Part shown: piece by piece, positions 22,947 to 33,831 of the stretch
Layout of the letters: each line of letters begins with the position of its first letter
How positions within the stretch are numbered: position 1 is the first letter of the stretch
Assembly (NCBI GenBank): GCA_963845755.1
Contig: CAWJTV010000009.1
Span: 224,001-288,000, forward strand
Source of the DNA: an uncultured Planctomycetota bacterium
GTDB taxonomy: Bacteria > Planctomycetota > Planctomycetia > Isosphaerales > Isosphaeraceae
DNA: 64,000 bases
Direction: 5' to 3'
Translations under genes and position numbers: made by a program
The notes under the pieces: generated by a model
What the model was told of the DNA's origin: nothing
Database searches by the model: none
Seen by the model: only the letters and a program-made list of their open reading frames with translations

Positions 22947-24560
22947 CTACGTTCGCTCGGCAGGCGAAGACGACGGCGACGAGAGGTACCGCAGCAGTGA
23001 ATAGACGCCGCAAACGACGGCCAGCACCAGCGAGGCGACCAGGAATCCTCCGTAGATGGTCGCGAAGACGAGGTTGTCGGCCTCGTAGTTGACGGCCCGG
23101 AATTCCAGCGCTTCGGCCTGTCGCGCCGCCGCGCCCGCGCCGGCCGTGGCCACGTGGGCGGCGAGCCGTGAGTTCCGGTCGCCGCGCTCGACCGCCTGGA
23201 TGAAACCCCGGTCGGCGACATAGGAGTACTGGAGCTGGTGCGCGGCCAGGAGCACCGTCACGAGAACGCCGACACTCAACGTTCCGCCCGCGAACTGCGC
23301 GACCTGGAGCAACGGCCGGATTCGTGCCTCGCGGAGGGGTTCAGGGCTGGTGCAAGTCGTCATCGCCAGCAGCACCATCCCGCTGCCGAAGCCCATCAAG
23401 AACCGCGGCAGGGCGAGCTGCCAGTGCTGGGGGGCGGCGAACCAGTTGAACTCGACGGTGTTGAGCAGGCTCCAGAATGGCCAGTTCATTGTGTTGCGGT
23501 GTGAGAGGCTCATTCCGCCGGCCAGGACAAGCAATCCGAGCGCCGCGCCGGCGAAGCCGGGCGACCGTTTCTGCCAGACGATCCGGCCGAGTGCGAGCGC
23601 CGCGGTCGACCCGAGTGTGAGTGACCAGATCAGCCACGAACGCATCCAGGGACTGAAGTTCACCAGCAAGCCGCCGTAGACGCCCATGTCCAGGGAATTG
23701 AAATACTGCACGAATCCGCCGTAGGTGATCAGCCCCAGTCGAGGCAGCCCCTCGCGCAGCGTGCCCGGATCGAGGCCCGGCCAGACCATCCAGAGAAGCA
23801 CGCTGAGCGCGACCGACCCGACAATCATCGCGGCAGTGATGTCCGGTCCCTCGAGCCAGCCGTGGAGCTGGCCCCAGTGCATCACGTACCAGACCGAAAG
23901 TGCGGCCACAACGGCCGCGGGAAGGTAGCCCAGCGGTTCGACCGGCCCCGGAGGGGAATCCCGGTCGAGGTCGGGGGGGTCGGCGATCGAGAGCACGAGC
24001 GCGAGCGACAAAAGGGCCAGCACGACCTCGAACAGAAAGCCTCCCTGCCAGGACCACCAGGGGGACCACTCCACGGCGAGGGCGATGACGACCGGCCCGG
24101 CCGCTGGCAGCACGATGCCCGCCCAGGCGATGCGGTCCTCCTGGCCGGCGGGCAGGATGCGCGGGGCCGAGCGGATCACCAGCCCCGCGCCGATCCCGGC
24201 GAGCACGCGGCCGAGCACGAGCAGCTCCGGCGGCGCGTGGAGCAGCACGCCGTTGACGATCGAGCCGGCCCCCAGCATCGTCAGCCCGGCGACGACCAGC
24301 GGATAGCTGCCGGACCAGCGCGCCAGTCGTGGCGCGGCGAGCAGGGTCAGGGTGATCGCCAGGAGGTAGATCGAGTGCAGGCTGTAGCCTTCGGCCGTCA
24401 CCCAGCCGCGGGCGGCGTCCATCTCGCGGAAGCTCGCCGTGTGCCCCGCGGTCGTCAGCCAGACCGCGGCCAGGGCAAACGCCGGGCGCAGCGCCAGCAA
24501 ATCGGCCAAGGCGCCCTTGACGATGCCGCGGTGGTGCCGAGGTTCACTCGTCTTCTCCAT
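22947..24560 (-). CDS. Divergent MFS-like multi-pass membrane transporter
   Basis: Many hydrophobic segments, LVLGRVLAGIGAG motif and DHA2-like layout; start MEKTSE overlaps the upstream stop. Confidence 0.75.
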   Translation of the reverse strand: MEKTSEPRHHRGIVKGALADLLALRPAFALAAVWLTTAGHTASFREMDAARGWVTAEGYSLHSIYLLAITLTLLAAPRLARWSGSYPLVVAGLTMLGAGSIVNGVLLHAPPELLVLGRVLAGIGAGLVIRSAPRILPAGQEDRIAWAGIVLPAAGPVVIALAVEWSPWWSWQGGFLFEVVLALLSLALVLSIADPPDLDRDSPPGPVEPLGYLPAAVVAALSVWYVMHWGQLHGWLEGPDITAAMIVGSVALSVLLWMVWPGLDPGTLREGLPRLGLITYGGFVQYFNSLDMGVYGGLLVNFSPWMRSWLIWSLTLGSTAALALGRIVWQKRSPGFAGAALGLLVLAGGMSLSHRNTMNWPFWSLLNTVEFNWFAAPQHWQLALPRFLMGFGSGMVLLAMTTCTSPEPLREARIRPLLQVAQFAGGTLSVGVLVTVLLAAHQLQYSYVADRGFIQAVERGDRNSRLAAHVATAGAGAAARQAEALEFRAVNYEADNLVFATIYGGFLVASLVLAVVCGVYSLLRYLSSPSSSPAERT

Positions 24561-25050
24561 GCAGGAGCTTCCTCCCCGGCTCCAGGTCGTTGATCCAGCA
24601 CAGCTCCAACCCCTGCGGCGTCTGGATCGTGACCGTCGCCCGCACGGCGGACGCGCCGGCGCTCGATTCCAGGAGCCGGGAAAGCTCCTGGAACGCACGG
24701 GCGGCCAGCGCCTCGCGATCGTCGCCAGCCAGAGCGCGCCAGCCCGGTCCGGTGATCAGGATCGCCGGCAGCCGCAGTTGCTTCTGGTATGTGCCGATGC
24801 CGTAGGGCAAGAGCGTCGGTGCCGGGGGGAGGACCTCGACCCTGCCGAACACGGCCCCGGCCTGCACCTTCTGCTCGCCGGCCCAGGCTGTGAACGCTCG
24901 GGCGACCTCGGCCAGCTTCGGGTCGAGGATCTTGTCCCGGGTGTATGCGGGGGGCAGATCGCCCGCGGGGGCTACCGCCCGCCGGTCGCATCCGGTGCTC
25001 GCCAGCACGGCCGCGACGGTCAGGGCGATGACCGGCCAGGCGCGGCTCAT
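24544..25050 (-). CDS. Hypothetical lipoprotein
   Basis: MSRAWPVIALTVAAVLASTG-C lipobox-like signal; ATGA overlap with the upstream gene. Confidence 0.7.
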   Translation of the reverse strand: MSRAWPVIALTVAAVLASTGCDRRAVAPAGDLPPAYTRDKILDPKLAEVARAFTAWAGEQKVQAGAVFGRVEVLPPAPTLLPYGIGTYQKQLRLPAILITGPGWRALAGDDREALAARAFQELSRLLESSAGASAVRATVTIQTPQGLELCWINDLEPGRKLLHGEDE

Positions 25051-25809
25051 CGGCCGTGCTCCTTCGTGCGCTTCGCCGGGTCCGGCGCGGGGTGAAGCGA
25101 GAGCGGCGGCGACGGCGCGAGGGGCCGATACGACAGCGTGCCGACGGTGATCTTGAAGGTGTCGCCGGGTTCCAGGCTGGCCTCGCGCCCGGGCATCAGG
25201 CTGGCGTATCCAATGCCCGTGAGCAAGCCCACCCCCGCTCCAAGCCCCAGGTACGCGGGGTTCGATGGCCCGGCCTGCGCGCCGAGGCTCGCTCCGATCC
25301 CCGCACCCTCGGCGGCGAACAGTGCCAGCATCAGCCGCCGCCGCATCTGGACGTTGAACCGCCGGTCCTCGAGGTCGAAGATCCACGGGACCAGCTCGGA
25401 GCGGCCGGGGGCTGCCTGCACGAGCTGGCCGAGCTCAAGGGTCACCCGGCCCGGCTTTGCGAACCGCCTGGGCGGCGCGATGTGGACGATCGTCCCGCCG
25501 ATGAGCGCGGGGGGGTGCACGCCGGGCCGGACGTCCTCGGCGACCACGCGGTCGCCCGGCGCGATCGCGGGCCGCCCGCTCAAGAGCCGCTCGCCGGGAG
25601 TCAGCCCATCGCACGGGATGACCTGGCGAACCCGCAGCGTGACGGTCTCGCCCGGCCGTAGCCGGGCTGTCTGCTGACGCCGCGGGGGGTGGCTCGGGGG
25701 CCAGGGGCGCGATCGGGGCCTCGGATTGGGCAGATGCCGGGCGCGCCCACGCGACGCCAAGCAGCATCAGTGCGAGGAGCGTCGAGCCTGGTCGAACGGG
25801 CTTCCTCAC
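25047..25809 (-). CDS. Hypothetical exported/membrane protein with glycine-zipper-like segment, frameshift at ~25680
   Basis: Signal peptide in 25435..25809 and body in 25047..25760 (GAGIGASLG, GAGVGLLTG, SLEPGDTF); coupled to both neighbours. Confidence 0.65.
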
Positions 25810-27469
25810 TGGACCTCCTTTTCATCACGGGAATCGAGCTCGCCCAGGTGGACCATCCGGTGGAGGAACCCGTGTCCATGACCCGGTTTGGGAGGAGCAT
25901 CGACCACCGCCGGCACGGCGGCGATCCCCGCCTTTTCAATATAGTCGAGCAGCAGCTCGGTGGCGCGGAGGATGTCGAGCCGGGCGAGCTGGAGGTTGGA
26001 CCACGCGGTCCAGCGGTTGGCGTCGCCCTGGAGCAAGTCGACCTCGGAGGCAAGCACGTCGAGCCGGATCGCCTGCTGCTCGCGGTAGAGCCGCGCCCGA
26101 CGATCGCGGTATTCGATCCGCAGGCGGTACTCGGCCTCCCGCTGCTCCCACTCGCGGACCGCCTGCTGCCAGCGATCCCACGAGCTACCGGCATCCTCGG
26201 CGACCTCGAGCAGCGACTTCTCCAGGTCGAGCTGCGAGCGGATGACGTCCAGCCGAGCCTGCCCGATGTTGGCCCAGAGGGAGAGATTGACGACCGGCAG
26301 GTCATAGAGCGAGCCGAAGATGAGCCCCAGCGCGATCCCGCCGTTGTTGCTGGTGGTGTTCTTGAAGCTCATGCCCAGGGGGAGCTGTCCCAGGCCCAGC
26401 AGCCGGGTCTTGTCCCGAATCTGCTGGAGGCGGGCGATCCGCAGGCCGACGATCATCAGCCGCACCTCGAGCCGTTGCCGCTTGGCCAGTTGCACGGCGT
26501 CCTCGCGGCAGCGGGGGAAGTCGGGCACCAGGCTGAGGTCGATCAGGTCCGGCTCGGCGAGGTCGAAGGCGAAGGCGGACTCCGGCTCGATCGGAACCGG
26601 TCCGAGCTCCTGGGGCACCAGCAGCCGGCACTGATGCACCGCCACGCCGAGCCGGCGCTCCGCGTTCCGCTCGGCCTTGCCCAGGTCGGCCACGAGGACC
26701 CGGGCCCTCCCCACGTCGACCCTGGCCTGGCTGAGCTCGACGTCGTGCGCCTGTTTTTCGCGGAGCTTTCGCTCCACCAGCCCGAGCGTCTCCCCCGCCA
26801 CGTAGGCGCCGGCGTCCGCGACGCGTTGGCCGTAGCCGATCTGCTTGGCCTCGAAGTAGCGCTGCGCCGCGAGCACGGCCTGGGCGCGGCGGACGAGCTG
26901 CTCCATCAGCTCCTTGGCGCGGATTCCTTCCTCGGCGATCGGCAGGGCGGTGATGTGTCCGGACGGGTCGAGTGGCAGGAAGATGTTGAACCGGTTGAGC
27001 TCGGCGTTGACGAGCCCGGGCTGGTTCGCAAACGGCGTGCCACCGGTGATGTCGGGGAAGATGACGGTCTGACTGCCGGTCGCGGGGCCGGTGACCCGGC
27101 TCAGGCCAACCTGGAGCTGGGGCATGTCCACGAGTGGGATGAACGCCTTCAGCGCCTCGAACCGCGCCACCGTGGCGGTCCGGACCGAAAGGTTCGCCTG
27201 GACCGTCTCGACATTCCGCAGGCTCAAGGCCAGGGACTCCGCGAGTCGGATGGGCCGGCCCGGCGCGGGGGGTGCCGGAGGAGGGAGGGATGGCCGGCCG
27301 TCTTGCTCGCGCGGGCTGCTCCGGCAAGGCCGGAGGGAGGGTGTCGGTCTGGGGCGGCTCGATCGCCCGGCGGGGCTGCGGGCAAGTCTCCGGCGCGGAG
27401 CCCTCGGCCCACGACCGCCGGCAGCAGGAGGGCGAACGCGGCCACCGCGATCTGTGTCTTGGTCCCCAC
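25806..27469 (-). CDS. Divergent TolC-family protein, frameshift at ~27230
   Basis: Signal peptide in 27224..27469; helical OEP-like repeats (AKRQRLEV, ARLDILRATE); lies after hlyD. Confidence 0.7.
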
Positions 27470-27488
27470 GCCGTCCTCCTTTCCGGAT

Positions 27489-28872
27489 TCACCACACGCG
27501 ATCGCTGCGGCGCACGACGGTCGTGTCGTCGATGTGGACCGTCGCCGACATCCCCGGGCGGATTCGATTCTGGTAGTTCTCCGCCTCCGCGAACCGGATC
27601 CGCACCGGCAGGCGCTGCACGACCCGGACGAAGTTTCCCGTGGCGTTGTCGGGCGGGAAGAGCGAGAACACAGACCCGGTGCCCCCCGAGGTGCTCTCGA
27701 CCCAGCCTTGAAACGTTTTCTCGGGGATTCCGTCGAGCGTGATCAGAGCGCGGGTTGCCGGCCTGGACGCGTTCCATCTGGTCCTCGCGGAGATTGGCCA
27801 CGACCCAAACGTTGTCGAAGTCGAGGGGGACGATGCTCAGGAACGGCTGCTTCGCCGCCAGCGTCTCGCCGAGCTGGATGGTCCGCCGGCTGACGATCCC
27901 CCCCTGCGGTGCCCGGATCAGGCAGTGGCTCAGGTTGAGCTGCGCGGTGCGGAGCGCCGCCTCGCCCTGATTGACCCGACTCTTCAGCGCCTCGAGCTGT
28001 GCCGTGGCGATGTCCGGCTGCAACTGGGCCGCCTGGGCCTGGACCACCGCGGCGTCGGTGCTGCTCAGGGCCTGGCGGCTCTGCTCGAGCCGGACGCGGG
28101 CCTCCTCGAGCTGAAGGTCGCTGGCGAGCACCTGGCGCTCGCCGGCGGCGATGTCGCTGCGCAGCGACTCGAGCTTGGCCGTCGCCTCGCGATACGTCGC
28201 CGCGCGGTTGTCCCGATCCTGCACCGGGACGTCGCCCGAGGCCGCCAGCCGCGAGAACCGCTGGTAGTACAGCCGCGCATTTTCCTCGAGCGCGGCCAGT
28301 CCGGGGACCTGCGCTCGTTGCGAGGCGAGCAATTCCTGCTCCTTCCGGTGGATCTGCCCGCGCGTCTGGACCTCCACCTCCGCCGCCCGCGCCGCCCGCT
28401 CGGCCTCGCCCCGCCGTGCGCTCGCACCGTCCAGAAGGGCGCGCCGATCCTGGCGAACCAGCCGCACGTTCACGGCCGCCGCGCGCACCTCAGCCTGTGC
28501 GTTGCGCAGGTCCGCCAGCACCCGATCGACCTCGAGCTGGAACGGGACCGGATCGAGCTGCGCCAGCGGGGCTCCCGCGGCGACGATCATGTTGTCGTCC
28601 GCATACAACGCAACAACCTGGCCGCCGACATCAGAGGAAACGGGGGTGATGTTCCCCACGACATAAGCGTTGGTCGTCCGCACCTGGAACACGTTCCAGA
28701 CCCACCAGCCGAACACGACGCCCGCCGTGCTCAGCAGGAGCCCCAGGGAAGCGGCCAGCCGGAGTGCGCGGCGCCGGCGCGGAGGCGCAGACGGCCGCCG
28801 TCCCGCCTCACTCCCAGGCGGAGCCAGCCCGGGCTGGGCCGGTCGCAACGGTTCGCTCGCTCCTCCGGCCAT
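27489..28872 (-). CDS. HlyD/EmrA-family adaptor, frameshift at ~27750
   Basis: TM segment, TTNAYVVG, IRAPQGG, WVVANLRE and FSLFPPDNATGNFVRVVQRLPVRI motifs. Confidence 0.88.
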
Positions 28873-29198
28873 CAGAACGCCCTTTCGTCACGCACCTCGG
28901 AACCGGAATCCTCCATTCAGCTCGACCGGCCCGTCCTGGAAACCTGTCTGAAAGGGCGAACACCAGTTACGCGGCACGGTCGAGACGAGCTTGAAACCCG
29001 CCCCGAACCCTGCATTGGAACCGATTGCCCCTCAAACAACCAATTGTCGGGCGGGTTTCCAACACGCACCGACAGCCGGATTTTCCCATTGTTACCTTTT
29101 CAACCAGACTCTGGGAGTGCGTACCCTTTCTATTTCGGCAAGATGGACAGCTTGCAATGAAGAGAAGAGTCATGACGGTCGTTTTTTCCTGAGGAGTT

Positions 29199-29290
29199 AT
29201 GCGGCCGGCGTCGAAAGCCGAAAAACGGAAACGCGCTCGAACTCGGGCAAGGGGTTACCTTAATCGAGCTCTTGGTCGTCCTGCTTCTCG
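29199..29290 (+). pseudogene. Prepilin N-terminal methylation-motif remnant
   Basis: GAGGAG RBS, basic leader MRPASKAEKRKRARTRARG, then TLIELLVVLL after a 1-nt shift; runs into the end of cydB. Confidence 0.6.
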
Positions 29291-29308
29291 AATGCGACGC
29301 AAGTTGAC

Positions 29309-30355
29309 TCAATAGCCATGGCCTTCAGCCCCGGAACTAACCTTACCCCGAAAGGATCGGAATACGTACACAAAATATCCGGCTGCCAGCGTGATTCCGA
29401 TAATCCACCAGATGAGCGCCGCTCGCAATCCATAGGTCTCGGCTGCCGCATTCGTGGCCGTCAGGCTGTAGGCGGGATCGATGGTGGACCGCAACCAGAA
29501 AGGATAATTGCCCGCCAGCGTGGCCCCGAGCAGGCCCAAGAGAAATGAGGTCGACGATAAGAACGTAGCCAACTCTCGCCTACGGTCCAGGAAAAGGAGG
29601 CCGCCGAGAAATCCTCCCAGCATCAAGAGACCAAAGCCGAGAAACCACGGACGAACGATGAGATTTGTGAACACCTGTGGCTGAACCCAGATCGTGGCGA
29701 GGGTCACGAGCACCCACAGGGGAAGGACGGCCCTCCATGTGGTTCGTCCCCAGGCCCGGCTCCGATCCTGCACGGGGCCCGATGTCTTCCAGACGAGGTA
29801 GAATGCCCCGTGGCCGGCGAGGACGCAGAGCGCGAAGATGCCGACCAAGGCTGTGTACCAATCGAAGATGCCCGCTCGCACGCCCGTCCGGAAATCGGTG
29901 AAAAGCGGAATGGCAAAATAACCGGTTGCATCCAGGGGCACGCCCCGGACCACATTGCCAAGGGAAGTGCCCAGCACCACTGCCAGCAGCGCCGAGGAGA
30001 CCGAGAACGTGGTGTCCCAGAATTCATGCCATAAGGGATTGTCCTGATGCGAACGGAATGCAATGGCGATCCCCCGCAGGATCAAGAGCCAGAGCACGAT
30101 GATCAAGGCCAGGTAGAAACCGCTGAAGGCAGCGGCGTAGGCTTTGGGAAATGCGAGGAATAAGACGCCGCCCGCCGCAATGAGCCAGGTCTCGTTGCCG
30201 TCCCAGACCGGCTCGATGGCCGCCAGGACCATCCGCCGTTCTTCTTCGGTCCTGGCGACCAAACGGTGCAGAATGCCGACGCCGAAATCGAAGCCGTCGA
30301 GAACGACGTAGACAGCCAGCATCGCGGACACAATGACGAACCAGGCCGTCTCCAT
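29309..30355 (-). CDS. cydB: Cytochrome bd terminal oxidase subunit II
   Basis: YVVLDGFDFGVG, PVWDGNETWL and FRSFRGKV motifs. Confidence 0.95.
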   Translation of the reverse strand: METAWFVIVSAMLAVYVVLDGFDFGVGILHRLVARTEEERRMVLAAIEPVWDGNETWLIAAGGVLFLAFPKAYAAAFSGFYLALIIVLWLLILRGIAIAFRSHQDNPLWHEFWDTTFSVSSALLAVVLGTSLGNVVRGVPLDATGYFAIPLFTDFRTGVRAGIFDWYTALVGIFALCVLAGHGAFYLVWKTSGPVQDRSRAWGRTTWRAVLPLWVLVTLATIWVQPQVFTNLIVRPWFLGFGLLMLGGFLGGLLFLDRRRELATFLSSTSFLLGLLGATLAGNYPFWLRSTIDPAYSLTATNAAAETYGLRAALIWWIIGITLAAGYFVYVFRSFRGKVSSGAEGHGY

Positions 30356-30446
30356 GAACGACTCCCGATGAGGAATTCCGAATGCGAGATTCCGGAATCT
30401 CGATTCTCGACTCCCATCTTCGAAATAAGCTTGCCGCACTGAGCTT

Positions 30447-31787
30447 CTACGCGGATGCAATCGAGCGGACGGTCACGGGACCGCGGACCAGCTCCCGAAC
30501 GACCTGGTAAACGAAGAGGATACCCAGCAACAGGTACAATCCGGCAAAGCCGAGGGTCGTGAAGATGACATCACCGGCACTCACCTGGGGAGACCCGGCC
30601 TCAGCGGTACGCATCAGGCCGTAAATGACCCAGGGCTGTCGGCCCAGTTCGGCCGTCCACCAACCGGCCGTGGTCGCGATGTATGGGAACGGGACGGACA
30701 GCATCAGCACCCAGAGTATCCGCCTCGACTCCAGGAGACGATTGCGCCAGAGCAAGTAGGCGGCGGATGCCATCACGACGAAGAAGATCGTCCCCAGTCC
30801 GACCATGATATGGTAAGTGTAGTACAGTAACTCCACGTTATCAGGCCACTCACTCTGGGGGAAATCGTTCAATCCCACCACGGTGCTGCCGAAGCTCCCG
30901 TAGGCCAGGAAACTGAGAATCCCGGGTACCACGATCGGGTTTTCCAGCCTGCGGTGCTTCACGTCCGGTTGCCCGATGATGGCGAGTTCCGAGTTGGGCC
31001 CACTCTCGAACGCCCCCTCCATGGCCGCGAGCGTCACCGGCTGGTGCCGGGCGACGAGTTTCCCCTGGCGGTCGCCGGTCGGGAAGAGCACCAGGATACA
31101 GGACAGCAACCCGGCGATGACGCCCGTCCGCAGACAGATCACCGCATGGTCGGTATGTTGTCGCATCAGTGACCAGTAGGCTCCCACACCGGAGACCACG
31201 AAAGAGGCCGTAATGACCGAAGCCGTCATGTTGTGCGCGTACTGCCAGATTGCCCACGGATTGACGACGAAGGTCCAGAAATCGGCCAGTTGCAGCGGGC
31301 CGGCCGGCCCGGACACGTAACCGACGGGGTGTTGCATGAACGCGTTGGTGGCGATGATGAAGTAGCCGGAAAGCCACGAACCCAGGAACAGCGCGAGGGC
31401 CACCGCAAGGTGTCCCCGGGGCCCCAGGCGTTTTTCGCCGAACAGGAACAGCCCCAGGAAAGACGACTCCAGGATGAAGGCAAAGACCCCCTCCATCGCG
31501 AGGGTTTGTCCGATGACACCACCGGCAAAGTTGGAAAACCGCGCCCAGTTCGTGCCGAACTGGAATTCCATCGGTATGCCCGTCACAACACCCATCGCGA
31601 AGTTGAGGCCGAAGATGCGAGCCCAGAAACGGACCACCTCGTTGTAGCGCTCGTCTTTCGTACGTATGGCCATCACCTTGAGAACCACGATGATCAGGGC
31701 CAGCCCCATGGTCAACTGCGGAAACAGGTAATGGTAAGTAATTGTGAACGCAAACTGAATGCGATGCCACAGCAATGCGTCCGTCAT
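30447..31787 (-). CDS. cydA: Cytochrome bd terminal oxidase subunit I (short Q-loop)
   Basis: YHYLF, GVVTGIPMEFQFGTNW, NAFMQHP, QPVTLAAMEG, YHIMVG and ELGRQPW motifs; 446 aa. Confidence 0.96.
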   Translation of the reverse strand: MTDALLWHRIQFAFTITYHYLFPQLTMGLALIIVVLKVMAIRTKDERYNEVVRFWARIFGLNFAMGVVTGIPMEFQFGTNWARFSNFAGGVIGQTLAMEGVFAFILESSFLGLFLFGEKRLGPRGHLAVALALFLGSWLSGYFIIATNAFMQHPVGYVSGPAGPLQLADFWTFVVNPWAIWQYAHNMTASVITASFVVSGVGAYWSLMRQHTDHAVICLRTGVIAGLLSCILVLFPTGDRQGKLVARHQPVTLAAMEGAFESGPNSELAIIGQPDVKHRRLENPIVVPGILSFLAYGSFGSTVVGLNDFPQSEWPDNVELLYYTYHIMVGLGTIFFVVMASAAYLLWRNRLLESRRILWVLMLSVPFPYIATTAGWWTAELGRQPWVIYGLMRTAEAGSPQVSAGDVIFTTLGFAGLYLLLGILFVYQVVRELVRGPVTVRSIASA

Positions 31788-31896
31788 TCACATGTCCTCC
31801 GCAACGATCCAGTCAGTTCCCGTCATCGGACTTTTCCCCAGGTATCGCGGCCGCAACGGTACTGCGGATTCCCGAGTTGAGATTCCCGATCACGGA

Positions 31897-32821
31897 TCAG
31901 CCTTTCCCGTTTGATCGACTTTCATGAGAAGCGTGCGGGATCTTGATGATCAGAGAACGAATGGCCAGACTCCCCATCAGGATGAGCGACACGGCGCCTA
32001 GGATCCAGAAAGCGCTATCCCCAACCAGCAGGAGGATCAAGGGTATCAGCGTTCCCCCAACGAAGGTGAGCGCCAAGGTAACGTAAACATGCCGGTCGCG
32101 GTAGAGTCGCGAAAGAGTCTTGCGAAGCTCCGAGAATAACAGACTCGCTGGAATGATGTTGAGTAAGAGCAGCATCATGAGAACAGCGCGGAGAGCGGCG
32201 GCGGCCCGCGCATGGCCGGTTAGAATCGACACGGCGAGCATCTCCGCGCAGCCCAGCATGAGCGCGGAATTAGCCATCCAACCGCCCAGCCATCGGGCGT
32301 CCTTCCAGCCCGGCTGCGAGCTCGTGCTGAAGAGCACTCCCTTGTAGGCGAGAGATCCGAAGGCGGGCAGGATCCCGACGATCACGGCCAACTTACGCAC
32401 CCATTCGAGCTCGATCGACCCGGGTGGCAGCAGGTTGAGTGCTTGTGTCGCCTCGATCGCCACGATCAACGTCAGCGGCAACGAATAGGCGGTGAGACTC
32501 CATGTACCCAACGACATGGGGGAAGTCGGCTTGAACACTCGCAGCATGTGGTGGAACCGGAGCGGGTCGCCCAGGTCGAGCACCAGCATCGTCAGATCGG
32601 TGAGCAAGAGGACGAGCGCGACGGGATACGCCGCCTTGGCCACGGGGGCCAGTAACCCCGGCGACCCCAGCTCGCCGACGGCGGCGAACAGGAAGAGGCC
32701 GGTTGTCAGGTTGTTGAAGAGCAGATCCCAGGCGACGAGCCCATGCCAGCCCGGGACCTTGGTCACGTCCTGGGTTGGATAGCCGAGGCTCGATCGGTCG
32801 CGCCTGGTCGTCGCCCCGCAT
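31897..32821 (-). CDS. NrfD/PsrC-family membrane anchor (quinone-interacting subunit)
   Basis: LVLDLGDPLRFHHMLRVFKPTSPMSLGTW and YKGVLFSTSSQPGW motifs, ~8 TM segments; apparent frameshift near the 5' end. Confidence 0.85.
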
Positions 32822-32822
32822 G

Positions 32823-33831
32823 TCACCTTCCCTGGAAGAATAGCACCACGAGGATCGCGGCGACCGTGGCCAGTCCGCTCACGATGGTGCGGCACGTAAT
32901 CCCCGAGCATGTGGAGCCACGGATTGAAGGGAGCTTCCGGGAGTCCATAGATGGCCGGGATGATCGATGAGGAGATAGAACGAATGGAGTTCGGAGTAAG
33001 TCTCGGTGGGCTCGTCGCCGTAGAGGTACGCTCCCGTGACGCCCCGTGCGTGAAGCTCCTTCACTCGGTTCCGTGCCCGCTCGCGCAGCTCATCGATCGG
33101 CCCGAACTGGATCGACGCGGTCGGGCAGGCCTTGCGCAGGCCGGGACAAGGCCGTCCTTCTGGCGGTCGTAGCAGAGCGTGCACTTGTGCGAATGGCCGT
33201 CGAAGTCGCTGCGCGTGATCACCCCGAACGGGCACGACGCGATGCAGTACGAGCAGCCGTTGCAGATGTCGCGCTGGATGTAGACGTTCGCGAACTCGTT
33301 ATAAATTATGGCGCCCGTGGGGCACGCGTGCTGGCAGGGGGCGGCGACGCAGTGCTTGCAGACGTCGCTCATCATCAGCCAGCGACCGGCCCCGCCCCCG
33401 TTCACCAACTGGTCGAGGGTCAGCTCGTGGCTCGTGGCTGCGGGGTGCAGCAACTGGTCGAGGGTCAGCTCGTGGCTCGTGGCCGCGGGGGCGGTCGCGT
33501 CGTGGACCGCGGGCCGTCCGTTCGCGGCGAACTGCTCGATGAACTTCACATGCCGCCAGGACGAGGCGGAGAGCTCCGCCGTATTGTCGTAGCTGTTGCC
33601 GGTCCATTCGAGCCCGTCTGCCGCGAGCTGATTCCACTGCTTGCAGGCGACCTCGCACGACTTGCAGCCGATGCAGACCGTGGTATCGGTGTAGAAGCCG
33701 GTGGACGGATGGGGCTGAACATGACCGCGCCGGAACGGCCAGGTGAGGCGATTGACGATGGCGGATAGCGGGCCGACGGGCGGGTCGCTGGACTGCGACA
33801 GGTCCGCCAGCTCGAGTTCTCTAATGCCCAT
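32823..33831 (-). CDS. Formate dehydrogenase beta (4Fe-4S) subunit, frameshifted
   Basis: CIGCKSCEVAC, CKHC..APC..ACP, CNGCSYCIASCP and KCTLC...PAC|ACP motifs; C-terminal TM helix; FdnH/FdoH-like. Confidence 0.9.
33406..33483 (-). repeat. In-frame tandem duplication with 45-bp period
   Basis: 33 identical bp at 33406-33438 and 33451-33483, encoding ATSHELTLDQL twice. Confidence 0.92.
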
